The notes under the pieces: generated by a model | Seen by the model: only the letters and a program-made list of their open reading frames with translations | Told to the model about the DNA's origin: nothing | Database searches by the model: none | DNA from: Eledone cirrhosa | Lineage: Eukaryota | Assembly: GCA_964016885.1 (NCBI GenBank) | Contig: OZ024741.1 | Coordinates: 128,650,001-128,714,000 of the forward strand | DNA: 64,000 bases | Reading direction: 5' to 3' | Position numbers and translations under genes: made by a program | Part shown: one piece after another, positions 15,098 to 27,317 of the stretch | Layout: every line of letters begins with the position of its first letter | Position numbering within the stretch: the first letter of the stretch is position 1

Positions 15098-16346
15098 TAT
15101 TTTTTTGTTTTGTTTATGGGAGAGGGGTGCTAACTCAATACTTTCCCTTATCTCAATTATAAAATGGTAGTAATAGTAGTGGTTGGGGTGTTGGGGGTGG
15201 TATTGTTGATGGTTGTGGAGGTTGTGGTGGTGGTGGTGGTTGTGAAGTGATGGTGGTGGTAGTGGCTGTGGTTGATAGTAGTTTTGGTGTTGGTGATGTG
15301 GTGGTGATGTTGTTAGTAGTGGTTGATGTTGGTGATGTGGTGGTGGTGTTGTTGTTGGTGGTGGTGGTGGTAGTGGTTGAGGTTGGTGGCAGTTTTGGGG
15401 GTGGTGGTGGTTGTGAAGTGTTGGTGGTGGTGGTGGTGGTGGTGGTAGTGGTTGAGGTTGGTAGTAGTTTTGGTGTTGGTGATCTGGTGGTGGTGTTGCT
15501 GTTGGTGGTGGGTGGTAGTGGTTGTGGTTGGTGGTAGTTTTGGTGGTGGTGATGGCGTAGGGGTGTTGGGGTCGGGATCATGAGGGTGGCTGGGGGTAGT
15601 GTTTTTCTTTGTTGTTTTTCGGCTTAAGAGACAACCCGAAGTGTGACCATTTGGTGATTGAAAGAAAATCGAATATCGACTTCTTCATGATGATGGTGAT
15701 GATAATGACGATGGCGATGATGATGGGGATTGTGATGGTGATAGTGATGATGAAATTGATAATGATGATGATGATAATGATAATGATGATGATGGTGATG
15801 ACAAAGATGGCGACGATGGTGATGGTGGAGGGGAGGTGATTATATAACACAAAACATCTAAAGAAGTCCAGAAATTGAAAGAGTTTGGGAGGTTGTGGAA
15901 CAGTGGAGGAGGTGGGGTAGAGTGGGAAGAAGGAGATAGGAGGAGGAGGAGGAGGAGGAGAGAGAGGGTGGAGTAGAAGAAGGGAGAGGAGAGGGGAGAA
16001 GGATAAAGATATGAAGGGTTAGGGGAGGAGAAGGAGGAGGAGGAGATCTTTAGAGGTGAAAAAGTGGAAAAGATGAATAGGATGAGAAAGGAGCAAAGTG
16101 TTGATAGTAAGTAGAAAGTGAAGAGAGATAGAGAGAGAGAGATAGATAGAGAAAGAGAAAGAGAAAGAGAGTGGAGAGTGAAAGAAAGGAAAAGTGAAAT
16201 AGAAAAACAGATGGAGAGTGAGAGAGAGAGAGAAGTGTTCGTGGTAGAGAGTAAGTGAAGAGAGAGAGAGAGAAAAAGTGATCCAGAGAGATAAAGGGTG
16301 TGATGGTGAGATAAAGTGAAGTGTTGATGGTAGAAAGTAAGTGAAG

Positions 16347-16406
<60 letters not shown>

Positions 16407-16487
16407 TGAGTGTTGGGGGAAGAAAGTGAAAATAGAGAGACTGATGGAGAGAGACAGAAAGGTAATGAGGTGAAGAGAGAGAAAGAG

Positions 16488-16553
<66 letters not shown>

Positions 16554-16985
16554 GTAAAGTGTTGATAGCAGAAACGTTGAGAGACAGTGAGGGGAGAGAA
16601 AGAATGGAGAGAAAGAGGGAGGTAGGAAAAGGGAAGGTGAGAGAGGAAGGAAGAGACAAGTAGAGAGAGAGAGAGAGAAAGAGAAGGGGGTGAAGGGGAA
16701 AGAAGCATTGGAAGAGAAATCAGATGATATGATTGTAAGTGAAGAAATAAGAGTTGTCCAAGTGGTTATATAAGTTGTCTTGCCGATAGAAAATTCATAA
16801 CACGCTGCACCCAAACATGAAGAACGCTTTAATGAAATCTCAGTTGGAAATAAAGACCAAACATCGTTGGAAACATGTCCTTCTCAGGAAGAATGCACTG
16901 ATAAACTATATACCATGAAAAACATAACGTGAATACATGGAAAAGCAATAATATTTATTTATTATATTATATGTGTGTATGTATG

Positions 16986-17019
<34 letters not shown>

Positions 17020-17093
17020 GTGTGTGTGTGTGTGTATAAGTGTGTGTGTGTGTGTATATATATGCGTGTATGTATATATATATATATATACGC

Positions 17094-17163
<70 letters not shown>

Positions 17164-17360
17164 TTTTCCTCTGCTGCCACCCGTCTGTTTCGTTCTTTGT
17201 ATCTTTACCCTTTCTAGCAGTCTCTCTCTCTCTGTTAGCCTCTTCCTCAACTTTCACTCACTCGTTCCCTGTCACTACCTCTCCTCCTCCTCCTCCTCTT
17301 TCTTCCCGTTTGACCTGTCCGAATTCTTTTCTCGCGCGCTCTTGGCCAAGCCGGTATGAA

Positions 17361-17441
<81 letters not shown>

Positions 17442-17787
17442 GCGACTTCACAGAACTTATGTTTACCGAATTCGCAGACCAGACCCCTTCTTCCTCCCGT
17501 TAGACCTGTGCGAAATTCCTTCCTTGCTCACATTTCAACCAGGTTTGATGGTCTTTATTCTCTCGTTCACGATTTCACCGAGTTTATATTCATAGAAATC
17601 TGGGACTTGTCTCTTTCTTCTCACTTTCTGTTGCTTAAACCATTTTGTTTGTTCACCCCAGCGTCCCCTTTATTTACGTGTCCCAACGACTTTTTTTAGC
17701 CGTTGTTCGCACCAACCTGAGGTATATGGCCTTTAAAGTAATGAAATGCCTAGGACGGCTGGAAGGCCACTGATGAAGGACTTACTT

Positions 17788-17920
<133 letters not shown>

Positions 17921-18082
17921 GAGAGAGAGACGTTCTATATATCTATATATAAAGTCTTCGGCGCTGAGAGCGGAAAGACCACAAATCAGAAGAGTACTCT
18001 ATGCATAGGAAGAAGCAGAGTGGATATAAAGGAAGATATTTTTGGCTCGTGTCAAAATTACGTTCCTCTCTCTCTAACGCTA

Positions 18083-18176
18083 AACATATCCGAAGACCTT
18101 GCGAATGCAGAGTCAGGTTCGATCTGTAGTAGATCCTGCCTTGAGCTGATCGTCGGAGAAACATATGTAATATGTT
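18083..18176 (+). ncRNA. Type I hammerhead ribozyme candidate (U4C core variant, long stem II)
   Basis: Stem I AACATAT/ATATGTT; CCGAAGA at 18090; GAAA at 18158; palindromic minimal stem III CATATG; GTA triplet; AATAAA follows directly. Confidence 0.65.
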
Positions 18177-18249
18177 AATAAATTGTGTTTTGATGCATCA
18201 CTGATTCCTCGTTATCTATAATATATATATATATATTTAATATAGAAAA

Positions 18250-18300
18250 GGCTTCTACAGGACTAGAACTGTTTCATTCGGGAGAAATAATCAGGAAGCC
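18250..18300 (-). ncRNA. Degenerate type I hammerhead (same family as 45064-45114)
   Basis: GGCTTC CTGATTA TTTCTCCCGAAT GAAA CAGTTCTAGTCCT GTA GAAGCC; G8 changed to U. Confidence 0.6.
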
Positions 18301-18477
18301 AAAATATTAAATATTTATACTCTGCGTTGTATGAGTTACTGTGGTTACCCCCGATTGAACCAGGGATATATATATATATATATATATGTGTATGTATATA
18401 TCACCTTGATCACCTTGACCGACCAGTCTGTCGGGCGACAATCGGCCCCGCTGATCACAGCATGTCGTGCTGTTTTA

Positions 18478-18531
<54 letters not shown>

Positions 18532-18558
18532 TACATATATATACATATATATATATAT

Positions 18559-18609
<51 letters not shown>

Positions 18610-18634
18610 CATATACACTCATATATACATACAT

Positions 18635-18853
18635 ATGGTGGCTGCCAACTCGTTTTCGAGTACGGCCACTACTTTATATCCATGTAGGAGAACCTCTACC
18701 GATGCGCTGAACGAGTGTGACTTTTTAGTCCAGCCAGCGACTTGAAAACTCTGGTACAAACACTATACACTTGTGACAATCATTGACACATAGTGCTGGG
18801 CCCATGGTACCATGTGACGACAAGTGCAGAGAGATCTCCAGATATTAAGCAAT
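18635..18853 (-). mobile_element. 5'-truncated copy of the RTE-derived non-autonomous element
   Basis: Near-identical to the 3' part of 40859-41470 and 51010-51621. Confidence 0.85.
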
Positions 18854-18973
18854 ACATATACATATACATAACATATATATACATACATATATATACATAT
18901 ACATTCATATATATATACATACATATACATACACACACATATACACACACACGCACATATATATATATATATA

Positions 18974-19525
18974 TAAATATAAGTATGTATACGTACATAC
19001 ATATATGTATACAGACGTACAGTAGTATGTATATACATACATACATGCACACATATATATATATGTACGTATGGGTTTACCGAACATTTATAATGCTCGG
19101 TTTGTTTGTAAACAAACAGCCCGAATTATTAGCGGTACAGTGTTCGGCAACCATCGTTTCCATTTTGTTCAACATTGACAAAGGAACGATGAACTAGTTT
19201 CTAACTTATTAGCTGTCATCAGCACCGTATACCTGCCTGTCGGTTGATTGGAGGTTTGAAAGTATATACTTCCTTATGCATATTAACGGCTGAGCAGCCT
19301 AATATGCATATCGAGTGAGTTAGTCGGTCGGGCGTACCGAAAACGATAAATGGAAAAGAATGAAACGAAATTTCATTTCTCACTCTTAGTACGGCTGATA
19401 CTTAAATATAAGTATGTATACGTACATACATATATGTATACAGACGTACAGTACTATGTATATATATACATACATGCACACATATATATATGTACGTATG
19501 GATTTACCGAACATTTATTATAATG

Positions 19526-19528
<3 letters not shown>
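18974..19528 (-). mobile_element. Retrozyme-like element, ~429-bp monomer with ~125-bp terminal redundancy
   Basis: Direct repeats 18974-19098 and 19403-19528 bracket a hairpin-rich non-coding core containing a hammerhead. Confidence 0.6.
19186..19228 (-). ncRNA. Minimal type I hammerhead ribozyme
   Basis: ACGGTG CTGATGA C AGCT AATA AGTT A GAAA CTAG TT CATCGT; stems I and II pair, palindromic stem III ACTAGT, GUU triplet. Confidence 0.7.
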
Positions 19529-19592
<64 letters not shown>

Positions 19593-19789
19593 GTACTAGT
19601 GGACAGTGTTAGGGACAGCTATTCCTACAAAGGAAGTATATATTCCAATAGAGCGGAAGGGGCAGGGCAGAAATTCTGAGAAAAGGTCATTAATGTATAA
19701 AATTCGTAAAATAAGTTATTCTGTTAGCTGTGCGGTTTTTTTCCCTCCGACAACTGCCATTACTAATTTTCTCGGATGTTAGCAAGCAG

Positions 19790-19912
19790 CTTTCTATCTT
19801 TCTCTCTCTCTTTCTTTCTGTCTTTCTATCTTTCTCTCTCTCTTTCTTTCTGTCTTTCTATCTTTCTATCCATCTTTCTTTCTGTCTTGCTTTCTATCTT
19901 TCTTTCTATCTT

Positions 19913-19946
<34 letters not shown>

Positions 19947-20390
19947 CTTCTTTCTTTCTATCCATCTTTCTTTCTTTCTTTCTATCTTTCTTTCTTTCTT
20001 TCTATCTTTCTGTCTTTCTCTCTCTCTTTCTTTCTGTCTTTCTATCTTTCTTTCTTTCTATCTTTCTGTCTTGCTTTCTATCTTTCTATCTTTCTTTCTT
20101 TCTGTCTGTCTTGCTTTCTATCTTTCTTTCTGTCTTTCTTTCTATCTTTCTTTCTATCTTTCTTTCTATCTTTCTTTCTTTCTTTCTGTCTTTCTTTCTG
20201 TCTTTCTTTCTATCTTTCTTTCTTTCTATCTTTCTTTCTATCTTTCTTTCTATCGTTCTTTCTTTCTATCTTTCTTTCTTTCTATCTACCTTTCTGTCTT
20301 TCTTTCTGTCTTTCTTTCTTTCTGTCTTTCTTTCTATCTTTCTTTCCATCTTTCTGTCTTTCTTTCTTTCTATCTTTCTGTCTTTGTTAT
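19790..20390. repeat. (CTTT/CTAT/CTGT)n tetranucleotide tract
   Basis: Polypyrimidine repeat; the Phe/Leu/Ser ORFs are artefacts. Confidence 0.95.
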
Positions 20391-20429
20391 TTCTTTGTTG
20401 GTTTATTTGTTTATTTATTCTTTCTAGTT

Positions 20430-20687
20430 TGTTTATAATCAAGTGTAGCTTGAGTTAAGCTTTGAGGAAGTATGTTTATAATCAAGTGTAGCTTGAGTTA
20501 AGCTTTGAGGAAGTATGTTTATTATCAAGTGTAGCTTGAGTTAAGCTTTGAGGAAGTATGTTTATTATCAAGTGTAGCTTGAGTTCAGCTTTGAGGAAGT
20601 ATGTTTATTATCAAGTGTAGCTTGAGTTAAGCTTTGAGGAAGTATGTTTATTATCAAGTGTAGCTTGAGTTCAGCTTTGAGGAAGTA
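20430..20687. repeat. 43-bp tandem repeat, 6 copies
   Basis: TGTTTATTATCAAGTGTAGCTTGAGTTAAGCTTTGAGGAAGTA head to tail with no spacers. Confidence 0.95.
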
Positions 20688-21580
20688 AAGATCCTAACAA
20701 ATTGTTGTGGACTATTATATAGAGAGGTGTTGTTTCTGTGTGTGTGTAAGGGTGTGTGTGAGTGTGTCTGAATCTGTAAGAGTATATGTGTGAGAGAGAG
20801 AGAGAGCGTATGTGTGAGTGTGAGAAAGAGAGAGAGAGAGACTGTATGTGTGTGAGAGAGGAGGTCGGTTAGAAAGAAAGAGACTGTATGTGTCTGAGAG
20901 GGAGAGAGGGGGAGAGGGGGATGGAGAGTGGGTAAAAAAAGAGAAAGAGACTGTATGTGTGTGAGAGAGAGAGAGAGGGAGAGGGGTAAGAAAGAGAGAC
21001 AGTGTATGTGTTAGAGAGAGGGAGAGAGAGGACTGCTCTTTTTTAGCACCATTGGGAGCATGTGTGAGAGAGAGAGACAGAGAGAGTGGGTAAGGAAGAG
21101 AGAAAGAGGATGTATGTGTGTGAGAGAGAGAGAGATGGAGAGGGAGATAGAGGGACGGGGCAGATGGAGAGTAGATAAAAAAGAGTGAGAGAGACAGTGC
21201 GTATGTGAGAGAGAGAGAGAGGGGGGGGAGAAAGAAAGAAAGAGAGAGGGAGGGAGAGAGCGGGAAAGTGGGTAAGAAAGAGAGAAAGTATATTAGAAAA
21301 AGAGTGAGAGAGACATTGTGTGTGAGAGAGAGGGAGGGTGAAAGAGAACTACAGAGAGGAGGGAGAGGGATAGAGCGGAAAAGTGGGTAAGAGAGAGAGA
21401 AAGTATATTAGAAAAAGAATGAGAGAGACATTGTGTATGTGAGAGAGAGGGGAGGGAGAAAGAGTGAAAGAGAAAGACAGAGAGGGGGGAGAGAAAGGGA
21501 AGGAGAGAGAGTATAACGGACGGCTCTTTTTTAGCACCATTGGAACGAAGTTAATAAGAAGCGTGAAATAAGGAGTTTGA

Positions 21581-23390
21581 CACCAATGTCTAGATAATAC
21601 AATCAATGTATAATATACCAATGTCTAGATAATACAATCAATGTATAATATACCAATGTCTAGATAATACAATCAATGTATAATATACCAATGTCTAGAT
21701 AATACAATCAATGTATAATATACCAATTTCTAGATAATACAATCAATGTATAATATACCAATGTCTAGATAATACAATCAATGTATAATATACCAATGTC
21801 TAGATAATACAATCAATGTATAATATACCAATGTCTAGATAATACAATCAATGTATAATATACCAATGTCTAGATAATACACTCAATGTATAATATACCA
21901 ATGTCTAGATAATACAATCAATGTATAATATACCAATGTCTAGATAATACAATCAATGTATAATATACCAATGTCTAGATAATACAATCAATGTATAATA
22001 TACCAATGTCTAGATAATACAATCAATGTATAATATACCAATGTCTAGATAATACAATCAATGTATAATATACCAATGTCTAGATAATACCCTCAATGTA
22101 TAATATACCAATGTCTAGATATACCCTCAATGTATAATATACCAATGTCTAGATAATACAATCAATGTATAATATACCAATGTCTAGATAATACTCTCAA
22201 TGTATAATATACCAATGTTTAGATAATACAATCAATGTATAATATACCAATGTCTAGATAATACAATCGATGTATAATATACCAATGTCTAGATAATACA
22301 ATCAATGTATAATATACCAATGTCTAGATAATACAATCAATGTATAATATACCAATGTCTAGATAATACAATCGATGTATAATATACCAATGTCTAGATA
22401 ATACAATCAATGTATAATATACCAATGTCTAGATAATACAATCAATGTATAATATACCAATGTCTAGATAATACAATCAATGTATAATATACCAATGTCT
22501 AGATAATACAATCGATGTATAATATACCAATGTCTAGATAATACAATCAATGTATAATATACCAATGTCTAGATAATACAATCAATGTATAATATACCAA
22601 TGTCTAGATAATACTCTCAATGTATAATATACCAATGTCTAGATAATACAATCGATGTATAATATACCAATGTCTAGATAATACAATCAATGTATAATAT
22701 ACCAATGTCTAGATAATACAATCAATGTATAATATACCAATGTCTAGATAATACTCTCAATGTATAATATACCAATGTCTAGATAATACAATCAATGTAT
22801 AACATACCAATGTCTAGATAATACCCTCAATGTATAATATACCAATGTCTAGATAATACAATCGATGTATAATATACCAATGTCTAGATAATACAATCAA
22901 TGTATAATATACCAATGTCTAGATAATACAATCAATGTATAATATACCAATGTCTAGATAATACCCTCAATGTATAATATACCAATGTCTAGATAATACA
23001 ATCAATGTATAACATACCAATGTCTAGATAATACCCTCAATGTATAATATACCAATGTCTAGATAATACAATCAATGTATAATATACCAATGTCTAGATA
23101 ATACAATCAATGTATAATATACCAATGTCTAGATAATACTCTCAATGTATAATATACCAATGTTTAGATAATACAATCAATGTATAATATACCAATGTCT
23201 AGATAATACAATCAATGTATAATATACCAATGTCTAGATAATACAATCAATGTATAATATACCAATGTCTAGATAATACAATCAATGTATAATATACCAA
23301 TGTCTAAATAATACAATCAATGTATAATATACCAATGTCTAGATAATACAATCAATGTATAATGTACCAATGTCTAGATAATACAATCAA
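21581..23390. repeat. 35-bp homogeneous minisatellite (~52 copies)
   Basis: ACCAATGTCTAGATAATACAATCAATGTATAATAT with variants AATC/CCTC/TCTC and TCAA/TCGA. Confidence 0.97.
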
Positions 23391-23444
23391 ACGATAGACG
23401 AAGAACATTTCAAGAAAAAAGTTAATTTTAAAGATTTTTCATTA

Positions 23445-23820
23445 TTTTTAATCTGATTAAAAATAATTGTTTCTACTTTTGGCACAAGGCTAGCAATTAC
23501 CCCAGTGTATTACTGGTACTTTATTTCACGGGGTCGATAAAATAAAGTACCAGTAATACACTGGGTAATTGCTGGCCTTGTGCCAAAAGTAGAAACGATT
23601 ATTTTTAATCTGATTAAAAATAATTGTTTCTACTTTTAGCACAAGGCTAGCAATTACTCCAGTGTATTACTGGTACTTTATTTTATCGACCCCGTAAGGA
23701 TGAAAGGCCGAGGTTAACTTTACCTTTCATCCTTACGGGGGTTGATAAAATAAAGTACCTGTAATACACTGGGGTAATTGCTGGCCTTGTGCCAAAAGTA
23801 GAAACAATTATTTTTAATTA
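23445..23820. mobile_element. Four SINE 3' segments in alternating orientation (double fold-back)
   Basis: TTTCTACTTTTGGCACAAGGC...ACTGGTACTTTATTT and its reverse complement occur in the order - + - +. Confidence 0.85.
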
Positions 23821-24432
23821 TCTCTTCTCTCTCTTCCCCCTCTCTTTAATCCTCTCTCCTTCTCCTCTATTTTTCCTCTTACCTCTGTCTGTTTCTCTCT
23901 GTCTCTCTCAGCCTCTCACCCTTCTCTTTTCCTTATTTTTAATCATCTCTCTTTCCCTCTTTCTTTAATCATCTCTCTCTCTCTTTCCTCCTCTCTTTAA
24001 TCCTCTCTTCTCCTCCTCTATTTTCCCTCTTACCTCTGTCTCTGTTTCTCTCAGCCTCTCACCCTCCTCTTTTCATTATTTTTAATCATCTCTCACTTTT
24101 CCCTCTCTTTAATCCTCTCTCCTCCCCTTCTCTTATTCCTCTTATCTTTGTTTCTCTCTGTCTCTCTCAGCCTCTCACCCTCCTCTCTTTGTGTCTCCCT
24201 CTCCTCTTTAAAGTAAAGATGATGAAAAATGAAAGTGAAGTAACAAAGAAAACTAATTCCGATCAGAAGTGAGATAAACTGCATTCTTAAAAATCAAAAA
24301 CAAAAACAACAGCAAAACTATTTAAGTCATTACCTCCACACGTGTGTGTGTGTGTATATATATATATATGTATGTGTATGTATATATGTATATATGTGTA
24401 TGTATATATGTATATATATGTATGTGCATGTA

Positions 24433-24528
<96 letters not shown>

Positions 24529-24721
24529 TACTTGGGGGGGGGGTCATATTTGTGTAATATTGCCAGAATTAATAACAGAACACACTCACTGTTTGGTTGG
24601 TTTTCGCTTCTGTGTCTTTTATATCGGTTAATTTAATTTATTCGGTCCTCAATGTTACCATTGACTGACCAACGGTCAAAAATACAGATACAATATAGAC
24701 ACAAACACATATATATAGTCT

Positions 24722-24764
24722 ATCAAAGTTCTTTCGTTGCACATCTGCAACATCTTCAGTGGTG
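24722..24764 (-). ncRNA. Degenerate hammerhead in the Penelope 3' tail
   Basis: CTGAAGA T GTTGCA GATG TGCAAC GAAA GAACTT; perfect stem II, poor stems I and III. Confidence 0.45.
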
Positions 24765-25029
24765 CTATTATGTTTCCTCCCGTTGCATTGTATGCTTACG
24801 CCATCTTTATTTAGTCTGTTTATTTATTTATTTATTTGTTTATTTTTTTTGTCTTCTCTGCGCATGCGTTTGCGTATAGTGTTTTTGATGTGTGTTCTTG
24901 TTTGGGTGACTGTGTATTGGTTAATGTATTCTATCTTAGTTTACTAGTGTGTGTTTATATGTGTTTGTTGTTATTGTGCTTGTGTATGTATTTATTTATT
25001 TATTTATATTTCTCTTAGGTCAGTATTGT

Positions 25030-25646
25030 TTGTGTGGGTGTTGTTGTTATTCCATTCATTTTTTCTGTTTAACCTTGGCTTTCTAAGTTCTATTTAACTG
25101 GCCTCTCTGATTTGCCTATCCGATGGGACATTTCTATGTTTAGATATTATTCTAACTTCTATGTTGTCTATGTTACCGTTGTGTTGTTGTCTGGCATGGT
25201 CGTATAGTACTGAACCGTTTTTTCGTCCTTTTAGTTCCCCCCAGTGTTGGTCTATCCTTTCACCTATGCTACGAGCTGTCTCGCCTATGTATGTTGTTGT
25301 CATGTTTCTGCAAGTACCCTCTGTACATCTTATGCTATAGACTACGTTTCTAGTTTTACAGTTTATCCGGGGGTTTACTCTACATATGATACATTTCCTA
25401 TTAGTACAGTGGGTTTTCTTAAAAGGGTAGGTTTTGCTGATCAGGGATTTTATCGTGGTTCCTGGCTTTTCTACCACCTTAAACTTTAAGTGGGTCTTTC
25501 TCAGGGCCTTTCTACACTGGTTAGCTAATTTCCTTCCAGGGGTAGCGTCCACAAACATGACACTCTGGTATCTCTGTTGTCGTACCATGAGGTGGCTTTC
25601 CCTATCTTATGTCTAGTCCTATCTAGGCTATTCCATGATTTGCTCC

Positions 25647-25650
<4 letters not shown>
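25030..25650 (-). pseudogene. Penelope-like GIY-YIG endonuclease C-terminal remnant
   Basis: Cys cluster CTNRKCIIC, NVVYSIRC...TYIGETARSIGERIDQH, HARQQH, RQIREA, premature stop at 25094, then LNRKNEW; frameshift near 25575. Confidence 0.9.
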
Positions 25651-25734
<84 letters not shown>

Positions 25735-25857
25735 TGTATATATAGTGTATTTTACAATACACTGTATGCTTAATTAAAAGCATTTTGAAAACCTTACGCT
25801 ATTGTTTTAAAGTAGTGACTATGTCACTTACTTCTTTTTTCAACAAACAAAGAGAGA

Positions 25858-25905
25858 TAAGCTGACAGATCTCTGTTTTATACTGTTGGTATTCCTCGGA
25901 GCTTA
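25858..25905 (-). ncRNA. Mutated type I hammerhead (inverted copy of 26310-26357)
   Basis: TAAGCT CCGAGGA ATAC CAACA GTAT AAAA CAGAGATCT GTC AGCTTA; U4C and G12A changes. Confidence 0.65.
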
Positions 25906-26309
25906 GCACTCCCTTTGCTTGTTGAAAATTATTAATGTTGGATTCTTATAGAATTCCAGTAATAATCAGGAACTGATTATACAGAGCGGTTGCCGGTCCA
26001 GCAAAAATTGAAAATTAGAAATGGTGCTCTGAAATAGCGATATATATATGAATGTATATATAGAAGTAAGTGACATAGTCACTACTTTAAAACAATAGCG
26101 AAAGGTCTTCAAAATGTTTTTAATTAAGCATACAGTGTATTGCAAAATACACTATATATACATTCATATATATATCGCTATTTCAGAGCACCAATTCTAA
26201 TTTTCAATTTTTGCTGGACCGGCAATCGCTCTGTATAATCAGTTCCTGATTATTACTGGAATTCTATAAGAATCCAACACACATAATTTTCAGCAGGCAA
26301 AGCGGGTGC

Positions 26310-26357
26310 TAAGCTCTGAGGAATACCAACAGTATGAAACAGAGATCTGTCAGCTTA
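26310..26357 (+). ncRNA. Canonical type I hammerhead ribozyme
   Basis: TAAGCT CTGAGGA ATAC CAACA GTAT GAAA CAG AGAT CTG TC AGCTTA; intact core, three paired stems, GUC triplet at 26349-26351. Confidence 0.9.
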
Positions 26358-26529
26358 TCTCCCTTTGTTTGTTGAAAAAAGAAGTAAGTGACATAGTCAC
26401 TACTTTAAAACAATAGCGAAAGGTCTTCAAAATACTTTTAATTAAGCATACAGTGTATTGCAAAATACACTATATATACATTCATATATATATCGCTATT
26501 TCAGAGCACCAATTCTAATTTTATATATG

Positions 26530-26560
<31 letters not shown>

Positions 26561-26669
26561 ATGTATATGTATATGTATATATATATATGTATGTATATAC
26601 ATATGTATGTATATACATATGTATATATACATATGTATGTATATACATATGTATATATATATACATATG

Positions 26670-26734
<65 letters not shown>

Positions 26735-26815
26735 TATGTATGTATGTATGAAAGTATATGTATGTATATGTATATGTGCGAGACAAACCTCAAACCACAC
26801 ACCCTCCATCTCAAT

Positions 26816-26859
26816 TTTACTTTTGAAAAGCATAAGAACTGTGAAACCGGTAAAGGAAA
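26816..26859 (+). ncRNA. Minimal hammerhead candidate with U3-A8 core
   Basis: CTT TTGAAAA GCA TAAGAAC TGT GAAA CCG GTA AAG; homologues at 36396-36432 and 40444-40481. Confidence 0.6.
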
Positions 26860-26907
26860 TAAATGAATTTTCTCAAAAAGACTCCAGTTGCATTTTCGAT
26901 TTCTTTT

Positions 26908-26945
<38 letters not shown>

Positions 26946-27241
26946 GCACTTATTAAAGGGGGAGAAAAGAAACCCCCACCACACCACAGACATGTTAAAT
27001 CCCTATATATAGAACAACACACCACATACACATCAGTTTGACAAGCGCACCTCAGCGTGAAAGGTCTTTCTAAAAACGAAACAATACCTCCTACGTTAAC
27101 CAAGAACTCCTAAGACCTAACCAACAACCAACAACTTAATTTTTAAAATAAATTTTTTTTAAGAAAAATTCTTTTTCGATTTTGTGAAGAAAATAAATTT
27201 GTTGAAAGCACAAGTGAAGCCATTTTTTCTTCCCCCCTGTC

Positions 27242-27317
<76 letters not shown>

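Larger units (their letters stand above)
24545..25650 (-). mobile_element. 5'-truncated Penelope-like retroelement (Neptune-like)
   Basis: GIY-YIG domain, long 3' non-coding tail with a degenerate hammerhead, flanked by (AT)n on both sides. Confidence 0.85.
25730..26522. mobile_element. Retrozyme-like element: 318-bp monomer, one inverted unit plus ~1.45 tandem units
   Basis: Period 318 on both arms (TGAATG at 25731 and 26049; GAAGTAAG at 26063 and 26381); one hammerhead per monomer; no ORF. Confidence 0.8.

Noticed and set aside
16820-16885. GAAACATGTC as a hammerhead 3' half
   Set aside because: No convincing CUGANGA or stem I upstream.
20430-20687. 43-bp repeats as a CRISPR
   Set aside because: No spacers; a simple tandem repeat.
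21581-23390. 35-bp array as a CRISPR
   Set aside because: Head-to-tail units without unique spacers, no cas genes, eukaryotic context.
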